This document shows, in pieces, positions 25,200-38,532 of a stretch of 64,000 bases of DNA. The notes under the pieces are model-generated. The model had not been told where the DNA came from, made no database searches, and saw only the letters and a program-made list of their open reading frames with translations. The position numbers and the translations under genes were made by a program. This DNA comes from Felis catus (Eukaryota). The stretch spans positions 128,404,001 through 128,468,000 of the forward strand of contig NC_058368.1 of NCBI RefSeq assembly GCF_018350175.1. The letters run 5' to 3'. The first letter of the stretch is position 1, and each line of letters begins with the position of its first letter.

Positions 25200-25960
25200 C
25201 ATTCATTCATTCGCTTATTCAATATGTATGAATTCCCACTATGTGCCAGACACTCTTCCAGTCACTGGAATACTTCACAAGAAAAAACAAAGTCCAGAGG
25301 CTGACATCCTAGGGTGGGAGGAGACAGCAAGCCAACTATATACCTAAAAATATATATACTATATCAAGGGATAACTGAGTGCTGGCAAGGAAAGTAGAAG
25401 AAGAAAGAGGAGAGGGTGAGGGGATAAGGATGCTATTTTGGCTCCAGTGGTCAGGGAAGTTCTCTCTGACGAAGTGACAGCTGAGTAAACAATCTGAGTC
25501 AAAAGACTAGCTGTCTGGGGGCAGACCTTCTAAGATGATGGAATAATAGCCCGTGTGAAAGTATGAGGTGGACACATGCTTATCCACCCAGGGAACATGG
25601 GAAGGAAGCCTGTGTCACTGGAATGGAATGAGTGAAAGAGAGAGGGGAGGAGATGAGTTTGGACACAGAGAGGAGAGGTCACATTGTGGGCCACAGGACT
25701 TGGATTTTACTCTGAATTGGTTGAAAATGTATTACAAAGTTTTAAAAGTGTGTCAATGTCTCAGTGGGTTTTTTAAAGCATCACTCTCCCCACTGTGTGA
25801 GTAATGGACTGGAATGGGGGTAGGTGTGGAGTGGAAGCAGGAAAACCAGTTAGGAAGCTTGCAACACTCTAATAGAAAACAATAAATAAATGTGGTTGAT
25901 ACAGTGCTTGGCACATAGTGCCATTCAACAAACAGTTGCTGAAGGAATAAATGGATGAAC
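25200..25960. mobile_element. L2 remnants
   Basis: cattcattcattc...ctatgtgccagacact typical of the L2 3' end. Confidence 0.65.
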
Positions 25961-26161
25961 AAATTAAAACGAAACTTTGTAAGTCATTTGTCTCTTAAAG
26001 ATCAATCCATTCTGTCTCTAAGTTGATGTCTTAATTATATTGCATGTACTCTGCAATATAATTGCTAACTTTTATATTTTCAATATTACCTATAAAATTT
26101 GCTACTGAACCTACTATTCTGTTTTTTTCTTAGACACAATCCATACCTGATGCCTTGTGTT

Positions 26162-26166
<5 letters not shown>

Positions 26167-26252
<86 letters not shown>
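26167..26252 (+). repeat. Compound (CT)n(CA)n microsatellite
   Basis: Direct observation. Confidence 0.95.
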
Positions 26253-26255
<3 letters not shown>

Positions 26256-26709
26256 CCTGCCCCTTCACAATTACATAATTGTGTGCTAAGTTAGCATAAT
26301 AAAACCTTTGCCAAGGATATAGCTGAATGGATTCTCATATTTGAGTATAAGTTCAGTTTCTTGCACATTAACCATGCCTCTTTGTTGCTATAACTAAGTA
26401 TGATTCTTTATATCTAGGAAAGCCACTTGGTGGCAAAAATTTTTTTAACTAACATTGGTCTGGCTTGCGTAATTTCAAGGAGGAAGATTGTGGAAACAGG
26501 AAAGCCATTTAGAAGGTAGTCAAATGAACATAGACATGAAAATCCAAGAGCAGTGGAGTGTTATGAAAACAGTTGTGTAGCCTTGGGCAAGACTCCTGTG
26601 TGTCAGTTTCTAATCCAAAAACTGGAAATAACAGTGGTATCTGCTTCATAGGGCTATTGAAAGACTTACTTAAGGAAATACATGCAGATTTCTGAGAATT
26701 CTGCTTCCC

Positions 26710-27180
26710 TTGTATGGTAGGCAGATTCCAAAATGGTCTCGAACATTCCCAGGCCCAATGTGCCTACTTCTCCCATTTTGTCAGCACTAACCCAGGTGCT
26801 GCTGTAAAGGGAATTTGCCTATGATATCAAATCATTTGACCTCGGAACATGGAGATTACCTAGATGAGCCTGACTTAATGACACGAGCCTTTTAAGAGGA
26901 GAGTTTTCTCTAAGCTGGTTGCAGAAGTCAGAGATTGGAAGTAGAACAGAATTCTGTCACCCTGAATGAACATGGAAGCAGATGTCCTCCCAGAGCCTCC
27001 ACAAGGGAACCAAGCCTGGCTGATGTCTCGACTTCAGGCTTCTGACACTTAATACACTGCACAGAGAGCACAGCCACCTCACTCCAGACTTCTGACCTAC
27101 TAAACATAAGCTAAGAAACGAGTGTGTTTCATTGCTAAATATATAGTACTCTCTTATTTGATAATAGGTAACTGATACAT
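26710..27180 (+). mobile_element. MLT1-type (ERVL-MaLR) solo LTR
   Basis: MLT1-like motifs (ggagattacctagatgagcctgacttaat, cagacttctgacctac, 3' aactgataca). Confidence 0.7.
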
Positions 27181-28390
27181 CTTGTACACACAAGCTCTCA
27201 ATAAATGTTTGTTCTAGCTACTACACAGCAATAGAGGGGATAGTGGAAATGTCAGTGCTTAGTGAACGGTTAGCTATAAGAATGAGGGAGAAGAAAAGGC
27301 CACATACGGCTCTAAATAACACCTGGAAGACTGTCAGAAAGATTGTATTGTTGGTCACAATGAAACAGGGTTTGTCTGCATAAGCAAGAAGGAACAAAGA
27401 GAAGGGACTTTACTATTCATAAGAACCACCAAAGTAGCTTGTTTAAAATTCAGTTTTATGGATTCTACCCACAGAAGTACCTACAGGTATCTATATTCCA
27501 TAGGTATTTATGGTTTGACTCTTTACCAGTGACTCCAGAGATCCATGACATGTACAGATTTTTAATTCTGATAAGGCAAAACCTTAAAACTCCCCTTGGA
27601 GGTTGGTGTGCAAGAGTATGTCATCCAGATTGTAAGTGAGCCTACGTAACCACCTAGGTAGGAGTAGGTATTCCCTCACTCAATATGACCCTGACATTCT
27701 CGACTCTTCATGTTTATGCATGGTATGGGGAACATATCTACTGGTATTTGAGAATTCACCCAAGCCATAAATGTCAAAGGCCAAAAGAAGTTGGGGTTTG
27801 GACATGCAGCATTTGGCTGACAGTGAAACATCCAAATAGAGATGACTCATGGTTGAAAATATTAAATCAAAAGGGCAGGAGAAACAGAGTTGGGTAAGTT
27901 GGAACCCTACAGGTAAATGAGGACTTAGAGGAAGGAAGAATATGGAGAGAAGAAAGGACTTCTCCACTGTCCCATTCAGACCTTTGGGCTTACTACTCTG
28001 TCTGACCTGTTTCTTTGGCCCTCAAACCTGCTGCTTCACCCCTGAATCTAGGCTTTTCTGCTCACTCTTGTCACTTCACTTACATCATTTCCCCAGGCTT
28101 CCCTGGAGCTTGTCCCCATTCTTGGTTCCCTGTCTATAAGCTTACGCTCTGGACATCTATCAAAGACCTTCTCTTCCATTTTGCTGCCAAAGGCACCAGA
28201 TTCCAGTTTTAGCCTCACCAGAATTGCAAATCAATACATGTTACCGAACTTTTGACTAGCTCTCAAAGAGACCAATGATAAACTCCAGCTTCAGTAGATC
28301 AATTGCCTTGACCATAGCACCTAAGCTCACTTTTAAGAAAAACCTAAAATCTAGGATGACGTTGTCTGCATTTTTAAAAGATTCATCACA

Positions 28391-28540
28391 GGGGAGCCTG
28401 GGTGATTTAGTGGGTTAAGCATCTGACTCTTGATCTCAGCTCAGGTCTTGATCTCAGGGCGGTGAGTTCAAGCCCTGTGTTGGGCTCCATGCTGGGCATG
28501 GAGCCTACTTGGAAAAAATAAATAAAATAAATAAAAAATA
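28391..28540 (+). mobile_element. CanSINE (short, no CT tract)
   Basis: Exact 15-bp TSD aaaagattcatcaca at 28376-28390 and 28541-28555. Confidence 0.9.
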
Positions 28541-29596
28541 AAAAGATTCATCACAAGTGGTCCCTGAGATAGCAAATGTAGTTAATACAGCCAAAAAAAG
28601 AACTCAATTTTCCAAGGGAAAATAAAAGTAGAGTAGACAGAGAAGGATAATGTGCAGAACTTTCAGAAGACACTACTTTCGGGTCTCACTGCCAGACACT
28701 TGTAAGTAGTAGCAGGGGTTGCATCCTGCAAGGTAAGATATGTAATGGGGTATTTCCTCTTCTGGCAGCAGCAACAGATAATCCTGGTAGCCAGGGCCTG
28801 TGGACCACAAACACACACAGGAGCCCAGAGAGTAAGTGGGACAGGGTGAGCATTACTAAGCCGGAGCAGGGATGCAAATGAGATCCTGTGGCAAAAGCTG
28901 TTGTCAAACAAGGAAGGTCTGTGAGCGGGGGTTGGGGCAGGGTGTCTGTACTTGTTGAGCTATCTGGAAGGGCTTACAAAGGCAACAATGGTTATTGTGT
29001 TTGCCTACAACATTGCCACTCTTATTTTCTTTCAGGGACAAGGAACTGAAACTGGTTTGGATGTATTTTTTAAAAAATGATTTTAAACACTTGTCCTTAC
29101 TAATGATGATTATTTTCTATTTCATAGTTTTCTTTTGTTCATTCCTGACACAGATCCCTTTCTTCCTTCTTTCCTTCCTTTCTTCTCTTCCTTCCTTCTT
29201 TCTCTCAACTTTTCACTGGATTGTAACATATATAGACAAAAAACACGCACATTATCTGTAGAGAGTTTGAGGAATTTTCACAAAGTGAACACACCCTGGT
29301 AACAAGCACTCCAATCCAGAAACAGAACATGGCCTGAGCAGACATTCTCACACCACCTCCGGTCTCCACCCCCAAGGATAACTGTCACAGGTCTTTTGCT
29401 GTGTAAGAAAAAAAAAGAAACAAGAAGGAGTTTATCCCAGACCAAAGAGGGAACAGGAGTCAACTCACAAATTAGTAGGAATTTAGTCCATCTATATGGC
29501 AACCCAAAAACCAACTATGAATGTGGAGGGAGAAGGGATGAAAGGATTTTATTTAGTGGATAAAACACAGTGGCTTCCAGCCTAACTAGATATATT

Positions 29597-29627
29597 ATTT
29601 TTTTTAAGTTTTTAATCCTTATTTATT

Positions 29628-29668
<41 letters not shown>

Positions 29669-29853
29669 CAGAGACAGAGGCACAGAGCATGAGTGGGGGG
29701 GAGGGGCAGAAAGAGAGAGAGACAGAATCCGAAACAGGCTCTAGGCTCTGAGCTATCAGCACAGAGTCCAATGCAGGACTTGAACTCACAACCACGAGAC
29801 CATGACCTGCGCCGAAGTCAGATGCCTAACCTACTGAGCCACCCAGGCGTCCC
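29597..29853 (-). mobile_element. CanSINE (SINEC_Fc-like)
   Basis: SINE body with expanded GA tract. Confidence 0.9.
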
Positions 29854-31005
29854 TACATATACCATTTTTAGACTTCTCCGTTCATTTAAAATTAAACAGA
29901 AACGTTGTAGTCATTCAAACCTGTTTGAATGCATTTTCTTATATAGCTCTCTCTAAAAAATCTCAGATTGGGGTACTCCTGGAATTAACAACAGGACAGT
30001 GATTTGATTCCAGCTCCAAGGAGGGAGTAGGCGGAAGAGTATCTATGCAGAGTTCACTAAGAAGTGGCCCCCCCAGGCTGTCCACACATCAGAACACTGA
30101 AAACTAATGAAAATACTGATGCCAGACCTGACTCCAGGTCTCCTGAAAGTAACAGCTCTGGGGAGAAGGGACAAGAGAGGAATGACCACAGAAATGTTGT
30201 AATCTGACCCCCTCCCACAGACCAGCTGACAGCTGCTGGTAAGGTTCTGTTGAACCTCCAAGAGGTGTCCTGAGAGCCTGGGCAGCACTCTAGGAGAGAG
30301 TGCCTTCCATGTGTTCTATGCTCAAAGCTGACATTACCAGAAGTAGCATCCTAAAGGAATGTTCAATAAAGTCCATAAGCAATGTCAAGTCAGGTCTCCA
30401 AACTGGGCCAGGAAAAATAAAGAACTCAAGGAGATGGGAACAGAGGAGGTACAAGGACATGGGCTTGAGGCAAAGCATGGAGTATAATCACAGAACTGCA
30501 GTACAGATAGCTGGAACCCAGTTTGGGCCCGGAGCTTTTAAAGGGAAAAGGACCACAATTCCATCTACTAAGGATTCTTGCCCCCTACCCCAGCTACAAG
30601 TAGAACTTGAACCTGGCCACACCTCACTGTTATGACTCCACTGTCAATTTTCAAGCAATGCAGAGGATGGAAGAATATGGAAGGCAGCAACCAAAAAAAT
30701 CTGGAATGTGGGAGAGGCTATAATGAGCAGGTGTTTGCCACTGAAAGGAAGGGGGAGAACAGAGGGTGGAGGGACAACCCCAAGAGATTTAAGAGACACA
30801 TGAACTAATTGCAGTGTGTGGACATTATTTGAATTATAATTCAACCAAGTGGAAAAATAATAACAACTAAAAAATTTTAAAAGAGACAACTGGGAGTTGG
30901 AACCACTGAGCAAATACTTGAAGATAATCAGGAATTGCAGTTTAAAATGTTAGGTGTGATCATCCCCATGTAGTTATCTTTTCCAAGCCTCCTTACTCTT
31001 CCCGA

Positions 31006-31150
31006 CAGTGGACATAGAACTTTAGCACGCCTCAGAATCACCTGGAGGACTTGGTGAGCCACAGATTACTGGACCCTCCTCCCAGAGTTTCTGTCCTGTA
31101 GGATTTTTTGGCAGTCTGAGAACTTTACATTTCTAACAAGCTGGATGATG
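31006..31150. mobile_element. MER5-like hAT-Charlie MITE within an old L1 fragment
   Basis: cagaatcacctggaggacttg...catttctaacaag motif. Confidence 0.65.
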
Positions 31151-31249
31151 GGTACATGAGGGCTCCCTATGACTATTCTGTCTACTGTTGTTATGTTTGC
31201 AATTTCTGTTCTTAAAAGTTCTTTTTTTAAGATAAGGGAAAAGAAAAAA

Positions 31250-31610
31250 TACAAAAAGCATTTGACCATATCCAACATCCATTCCTGATTTAAACACACG
31301 CACACATACCTCAACAAACCAGAGAATAAAAGGGAGGTTTCTCAATGCGATAAGAACCCATGAACATCCTACAGCTAACATCATACTTACTGGTGAAAGA
31401 GCGAACACTTTGTCCCTAAGATCAGCAGCACGACAAGGATGTCTGCTCTCATCAGTTTCATTCAACATTGTACTGGAGATTCTAACTAGTGTAATGAGGC
31501 AAGAAAAAAATAAAAAGCATCCAGATTAGAAAGAATTAGCAAAACTGTTTTTATTTGTAGACAATGTGATTGTCTATGCAAAAATCCTATGAGGTCTACA
31601 AAATAGCTGC
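31250..31610 (+). mobile_element. L1 ORF2 (RT region) fragment
   Basis: ccctaagatcagcagcacgacaaggatgtctgctctc...ttcaacattgtactggag. Confidence 0.8.
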
Positions 31611-31838
31611 AAAAGTTGTGCAATCCTGTGGCCAAGGATAGAGACTCCAGCAACGTAGGGACTGGATGGTTATGGGCACAAGGGTTCTAGATTGTGTAAG
31701 CTCCCAGGAGCCTTTTTTCCCTTTCTGAGCCTGCATCCTATTACAACTTGAGGGCCCCTGGTGGATAGCTTTTCTTCTCTGACTGGTGTTGCCAGCCTTG
31801 CCTTAATGCGATTTCCACACAGAGAGACTTCTTTAGGG

Positions 31839-32004
31839 TAGTGGTTCTCAAGCTTGTCTGTACATTGGAATCACTTGGGGAGCTTCAAAAACTACTGATG
31901 CCTGGGTTCCTCCTCCACAGATTGTGCTGTAATTGTTCTGGGAATGGCCCAGGCATCAGAATGTCAAGAGCTTATAAAGCACAATCTCGTTTGAGAGCCA
32001 TTGC
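31839..32004. mobile_element. MER5A-like hAT MITE
   Basis: TIR-like ends tagtggttctcaa / ttgagagccattg with 8-bp TSD-like flanks ctttaggg / ctctagag. Confidence 0.75.
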
Positions 32005-32391
32005 TCTAGAGCCATATTTCTGGCCTTGGAATTTCTCTGAGCCGTGAGTTCAGGAGGTGAGACAGCAAGCATGGCTCAGGCTCTGCTGGGTTTGATTTGG
32101 GATCCGCCTGCCCACAAAGTGTGCCAAATCTGTTCTACTACTCGGAGACATCAATTTTTTAAATGATAGGGCCTATGGCAAGGGGCACAGGGAACAGGAG
32201 CTGGGAGAAGCCTATGGTTGTGCACAAGTGACAACGACAAGTTAAGGCTATCTAATTTAGGTATAAGGAAGTTTCAGCAATCCCACTTAGTCAACAGGTT
32301 TGAAGCCATCTTCCTCGAACATTTACCTCCCCAGCTTTAATTTGGGAAAACGTCAACCTACATAACTCTCCACATACATTCATTAATTGTT

Positions 32392-32606
32392 TTTTTTTTA
32401 ATTTTTTTAACGTTTATTTATTTTTGAGACAGGGACAGACAGAGCATGAACGGAGGAGGGTCAGAGAGAGAGGAAGACACAGAATCTGAAACAGGCTCCA
32501 GGCTCTGAGCTGTCAGCACAGAGCCCAATGTGGGATTCGAACTCATGAACCACAAGATCATGACCTGAAGTTGGACACTTAACCAACTGGCCACCCAGGT
32601 GCCCCC
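32392..32606 (-). mobile_element. CanSINE (SINEC_Fc-like)
   Basis: TSD ttcattaattgtt. Confidence 0.9.
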
Positions 32607-32808
32607 ACTTTCATTAATTGTTAACGCTGTGCTTCATTTGCCACCTCTCCCCACCCACTGCTGAAGCTGCATAGTTCAATAGGTATCTCCCAAAAACAAG
32701 GGCATTTTTCTACTTAACCATTATATCATTTTTACCCTCAAGAAGTTTAACACTGATACACTAATATTACCTAATCTACAATCCATATTTAAATTTTGCT
32801 AATTATCT

Positions 32809-33010
32809 GGGGGCACCCGGATGGCTCAGTCAGTTAAGCATCCAATTTCAGCTCAGGTCATGATCTTGTGGTTTGTGTGTTCAGGCCCCGGATTGGGCTC
32901 TGCACTGACAGTGTGGAGCCTGCTTGGGATTCTTTCTCCCTCTCTCTCTACCCCTCCCCCCACTCATGATTTCTCTGTCTCTTTCTCAAAATAAATAAAC
33001 TTTAAAAAAA
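32809..33010 (+). mobile_element. CanSINE
   Basis: Head, CT tract, A tail. Confidence 0.9.
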
Positions 33011-33624
33011 GTAAATTTTTCTAATCATCTCAAAATCTCTTTTATACCTATTTTAAGGACCTCACACTGCATTTACTTGTCTCTTTACTCTCCATAATCT
33101 AGCATAATCTCCCTCCTTTTTACAAGACATTGACAAATTTAAAAGAGCCAGAGTATGTTGCAGAATACCCCAAAAGTCATGATGCTTCCCTAAGATTCAA
33201 CTTAAATATTTAGCAAGAATACCATGTTGATGATGTTGTGTGGTTCCATTTGTATCACATCAGGAAGATCATAAAGTCAGTTTGCCCCATTGTCTCCAAT
33301 GCTGAGTTTAATCACTTAGTTAAGGTGGCACCCACCTGAACTCTTTGTTTTAAAGGTATGTTTTTACTTTATACAGAATAAATAATCTGCAGGATGATAC
33401 TATTAAACCATATGAATATCCTGTTTCCCAACATACTTATACCCAATGGTCTTAGCATCCACTGATAACCAGTTATGACAATGGTAGTTGCCAATAGCAA
33501 TTTTCTAATTCTGCCATTCCTTCTACATTTTTTAACAGACATTCCACTATAAATATGAGCTTTTCTCCCCTTTACTCCACTTCCTACTTTTTTTCCCGTT
33601 TCCTGATTTTTAAAATTTTTATTA

Positions 33625-33843
33625 AAAAAAAATTTTTGTAATGTTTATTCATTTTTGAGAGACAGAGAGAGACAGAGCATGAGCGGGGGAGGGGCAGAGA
33701 GAGAGGGAGACACAGAATCCGAAGCAGGCTCCAGCCTCTGAGCTGTCAGCACAGTGCCGGATGTGGGCTCAAGCTCACTGACCATGAGATCACGACCTGA
33801 GCTGAAGTCGGACGCTTAACCGACTGAGCCACACAGGCGCCCC
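33625..33843 (-). mobile_element. CanSINE (SINEC_Fc-like)
   Basis: Reverse SINE body. Confidence 0.9.
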
Positions 33844-35334
33844 TCTTGATTTTTTTGAGTATCATTATGGACCAATGGATTTTTGCTTATTTGAAAAATT
33901 ATGATTCATTATTGTTATTTGTCTTTTTGAAACCAGCTCTTGTGTTCTTTCAACATGTCTCCATTAGCCTTTAGGAAGGGCCTTTATTTTTACTGCAAGA
34001 CACTTCAGGCTCACTTTGTATATTTCCTTCTCTAGACATGAAATCAACAATCTCTCCAAGAAGCCGACGTCCCTTTTAAGTAGAGATGGCATTTATCATA
34101 CCATTTCTGCTCAGTAGTAACAGTAATATTTTTATCTTTACCTGCTTGATTCCTGCATCTATTTCCATGTTTGCAGGAGAATTTGTGGTGTTGTGAATTA
34201 ATCCCCCTACACCTCAACACATGACCCAATGTGATAAAGAACAGACTCACACCTTATCTTCACATTTCTATGTTGATTCAAAATATTTTTTTAATGCTTA
34301 TTGTTCACAGTGTTATGCTAAGCACCCATGATAAAATGTGAAGCAAAACAAACACATTCGTGGGCTTCATGGAGCACACAGTCTAGGGAGCAGGGCAAAT
34401 ATGCATCAGATGACCCTACAAATATTTAAAAATACCGTAAGCACTCTAAATATAGGCACATGATTCTAGAGTTCTAAGCATACAACAGGGAATCTGATAT
34501 ACTCTGAGTAGTTGGGAAAGCTTCATTAAACATATGAACTGAAAAATGGAGAGCAGTTATTCAGTCCAAGGGTAGGGGATTTGTGTAATGTTGGGGGTAG
34601 TGATGGTGGTAGCAGAAGGTAAGGGGGGTTGTCAGTCAAGTAGGTTCCAGACCCAGGTTAAGGGAGGAACTTGAGAAAACAGAAGGGTGTGAGATCTTTA
34701 TTCAGCCAAGAGCTAGGGTAAGAGGCTAGCCGGGTTGCTGGAAGACTGGGCAGATGCTAACTCCATAGGAAGCTCAGGGCAAGTTACAGGGTTTAGTCTT
34801 TACCATATTCCAAATAAAGGGACGCCATTAAAGGACTTAAGCAGGAGAAAGGCATAATTAGATCTACACTTTCAAATGAATAATGGCTAATACAGAAGAG
34901 ATTGGCTGGGGAAAGGATGCATGTTAGCCTCCAGATGGCAGGCGCTTTGCAGGAGTGCATAGAGAGCTGCCAAGTAATGTGTTATAGAGTGTTGGCTGTG
35001 AAACATCACTGTCACTTCCTGTCACTGAAGCTAGCACACACCCATGTTCGGCTCTCTAAAAGTTTCTAAAGACAATGGGGAATCTAGTTAATGGGCTCCT
35101 CCCTAAGATCTCCCTCCCAGCCCCCACTCTCTCTGCTCCTTGCTTTTCTTTTATACAGTAGGGAAAACACAAAGGGGAGATCAGAGTTGATCTCTCGGCA
35201 AGAGCTTAGGAACAGAAAGGTACAAGGAACAGAAAGGTACAAGAACCCAAAACCCGAACATACTTCACAAGTAGGGTGGAAGTCTCTGGAGGAAGGGAAA
35301 GAGATGGGATAGGAGGTAGAAATTTGTTTGGCTT

Positions 35335-35395
35335 TTTTTTTTTTTATTAAGAGAGAGAGAGAACATGTGAGTGTGCACAAGAGCAGGGCAGGGGC

Positions 35396-35451
<56 letters not shown>

Positions 35452-35574
35452 TCTCAAGCAGGCTCCACACTCAGCAAGGAGCTGGATATGGGGTTCCATC
35501 TCACTACTGTGAGATCACAAGCTGAGCCAAAATCAAGAGTTGGATGCTTAAATGACAGAGCCACCCAGGCTCCC
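35335..35574 (-). mobile_element. CanSINE
   Basis: Reverse SINE body, TSD ttgtttgg. Confidence 0.88.
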
Positions 35575-36019
35575 TTGTTTGGGTCTTTTGAGGAGGAGGA
35601 AAGGATGGATGAGAGGTTAATGGAGGGCTGAGCACAGGACTTCCCACACCCAGCCCTTACTCTATAGGATCTGCCCTTTTCCCACCATAAGATGTGGCAT
35701 CATGAAAAAAACCTGGTCTGTCCCAGCGGTGGAAATGATTTGAAATAGAGAGCAGGGGTAATGGTGAAAGAGCAGGAAGGAATGAAGTCTATAGTAAGGT
35801 GGGGGCGGGGAATGTGTGAGAGATGAATGTTAGCAGACATAGCTGGGAGGAAGGGAGCCAGAGAATAACCTGAATGATTGCTTAAAACCACATCCAACTC
35901 ATAAGCTATTTCAAAGTGTCATAAAGGTTTTTTAAAAGCTTTCCAACTCCTTTCAAAACACTAGCATAACTCTGACACCAAATCTGACAGACATAGTAAA
36001 TGGGAAGGAGGCAACATAA

Positions 36020-36620
36020 AAGACACTGTCTTCACCATTCTGATCGTACAGTTCGGTAGAGGTCAAGCACACTCACAATGTTGTGCAACTATATTGTGCA
36101 ACTCCATACCCATTAATAACAACTACCCCTTCCCGCAGCCCCTGGTAACCACCCTTCTACCCCCAGTCTCTACGAATGTGACTACTCTGAGTACATCATA
36201 TATGTGGAACAACACAGTATTTGTCGTTTTGTGACTGGGTTATGCTACCTACTGTAATGGCCTCCAAGTTCATCCATGTCATAGCATGTATCACAATTTC
36301 CTTCCTTTTAAAGGATGAGTAATTTTCCACTGTGCCCATAGACCACATTTTGTTTACCCATCCATTGGTCAATGCACACTTTGGTTGCTTCCACCTTTTG
36401 GCTAATGTAGCAAATGCTGGGTGTACAAATATCTCTGAGTCCCTTTGATTACATACCTAAAGGTGGAATTGCTGGATCATACGGTACTTGCATTTTTAAT
36501 TTTTTTTTGAGGAACTACATCGTTTTCTCCATAGCAGCCACACAAGGTTCAATTTCTCTGTCTTCATCAACCCCTGTTATTTTCTGTTATTTTTTTTAAT
36601 AGTAGTCATCCTAACGGGTG
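36020..36620 (-). mobile_element. L1MB-like 3' fragment
   Basis: cccctggtaaccacccttctac...ggaattgctggatcatacggta. Confidence 0.75.
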
Positions 36621-37414
36621 TGTGTTTACTTTTTAAAATTTTTAAAGTGCATATGTTTATTGTGAAAATTGGAGATAAAAAAAGAAAAATAAATGCAAGA
36701 AGAAAGTTAAAAAAAAACTTTAAAAACGTTTCATTTCAAATGGAAACCAAGTGCTGCTATGCTAATGTAAAGGAGACTTTCCTTAAAAAAAACAAAGACA
36801 TTAATAGAAAAGTGGGTAAAGGATGGGCACAAGAAGGTTGCCAGGGATGAAGCAGAAGTAGTCAATGAATATGTCCAAGGATTGATAGCAGGGGCTGGGG
36901 AGACAGGACGGAACCCTGTCTAGCTCTCTGGTCACTTCCTCTGTGAGGACAAAGAGTGAAGGGACCTTGTGTGGCTACTACAGCAGAAGGGGTGTCAAAA
37001 ATGCTTCTGTCCTGCTCTGCAAGGACCAGAACCCAAACTGACGTATCCGTTTAATGTGAGAAAATGGAGGCTGGACAGCCAGAGGAAACATTTCCATCCA
37101 TAACGCTGAAACCAATGATACATTTGAAATGCTCTAGCATTTCAAACTGAGCACTTAAAAAGCTCTGAAAACACAAGTGAGATGGATGAACTACACATTT
37201 TGTTTCAGAGAAAAGAATGCTGGGGCCTTTATGGAAAAAAGGCAAGACTCCTAAAGTGCTCTATTCAAGACTGCAATGCCAGGTGGGAGTTATAAGTTGC
37301 ATACGTATTTATTATCATGCCGGTAGCAAAGCACCTTACCTGGGGAGTTCTGGAGGCACAGCAGTTCCCACTGGAGCTGGAATCCACTGAACACCGATGT
37401 GGTGGTTTTAAATG

Positions 37415-37608
37415 TTATTTTTTTAAATTTATTTATTTATTTTGAGAGAGAGAGAGAGAATGAGCAGGGGAAGGGCAGAGAGAGAGGGAGCCAGAATCTC
37501 TCAGCAGGCTTTGTGCAGTGCCACATGCAGAGCCCACAAAACCATGAGATTGTGACCTGACCCGAAATAAGGAGTGGGATACGTAACTGACTGAGCCACC
37601 CAGGTGCC
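37415..37608 (-). mobile_element. CanSINE
   Basis: Reverse SINE body. Confidence 0.88.
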
Positions 37609-37619
37609 TCTGTGTCTTG

Positions 37620-38165
37620 GTTTTAAAACTTGCCCCAAAGCACTTTGAAATTCCTCCCATTAAGAGGTGAGCTCTAAATCTCCTCTTGTGAATCTGGTAG
37701 GCTTGTGACAGTTTCAACTAACAGAACAGAAGTGATACTGAGTGATTTCTGAAATTAGGTCCTAAAGGGTCTCACAGCTTTGCCCCGGTTTTCTTAGACT
37801 GCTCATTCTATGTAAATTCCTTCACTGGGTACTCCCCCTTGAACCCCAGCCGCCATTCTGTGAAAAGCCAAGCTGGTGGGAGGTCAAATATTGGTGCATG
37901 AATGATGGTCCCAGCTGAGCCCAGCTTTGGAATCATCTCAGCCTAGATGCCAGATGTAGAAAAAGCCTCCAGGTGATTTCAACCTTCAGCCGTTCAAGAC
38001 ATTCCAGCCTTTTAAGTCTTCATTACTGAGGCCCTGATATCACAGTAGACATAAGCAGTGCATGTTGTGTCCTGTCCTGATCTGAGAGCATAACAAATGG
38101 TTAGTTGTCTTTCAGTGCCACAAGTTTGGGGCAGTTTGTTGTGCAACAGTAGATAACCTAAACAA
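37620..38165 (+). mobile_element. MLT1-type solo LTR
   Basis: MLT1-like body and 3' end (gtttggggcagtttgttgtgcaacagtagataacc). Confidence 0.7.
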
Positions 38166-38341
38166 ATAGTTAAGTTATTAGCGCTGCAAATCGTTAAATA
38201 ACTTTAACTACTGATTAAGACTTGATTCACCTGTGTCTGGTAGACTTGTTGGGGTTATAGGTGCTTAAAAAGCAAAGAACTTAGAATATCCAGCAACCAG
38301 TCAAACTTTCTAGGAACTCTTCATTCCACTGGTGGAGTTAT

Positions 38342-38532
38342 TATTATTTTTTTTTTAATGTTTATTTATTTTTGAGACAGAGAGGGGGCAGAGAAAAAGG
38401 GAGACACAGAATCTGAAGCAGGCTCCAGGCAACACACCGTCAGCACAGAGCTCAACATAGGGCTCGAGCCCATGAACCATGAGATCATGACCTGAAGTCG
38501 GTTGCTTAACTGACTGAACCACCCAGACTCCC
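38342..38532 (-). mobile_element. CanSINE
   Basis: TSD ccactggt(g/a)gagttatt. Confidence 0.9.

Noticed and set aside
28872..28879. Octamer ATGCAAAT
   Set aside because: A single 8-mer is expected by chance in 64 kb; no adjacent snRNA gene or other support seen
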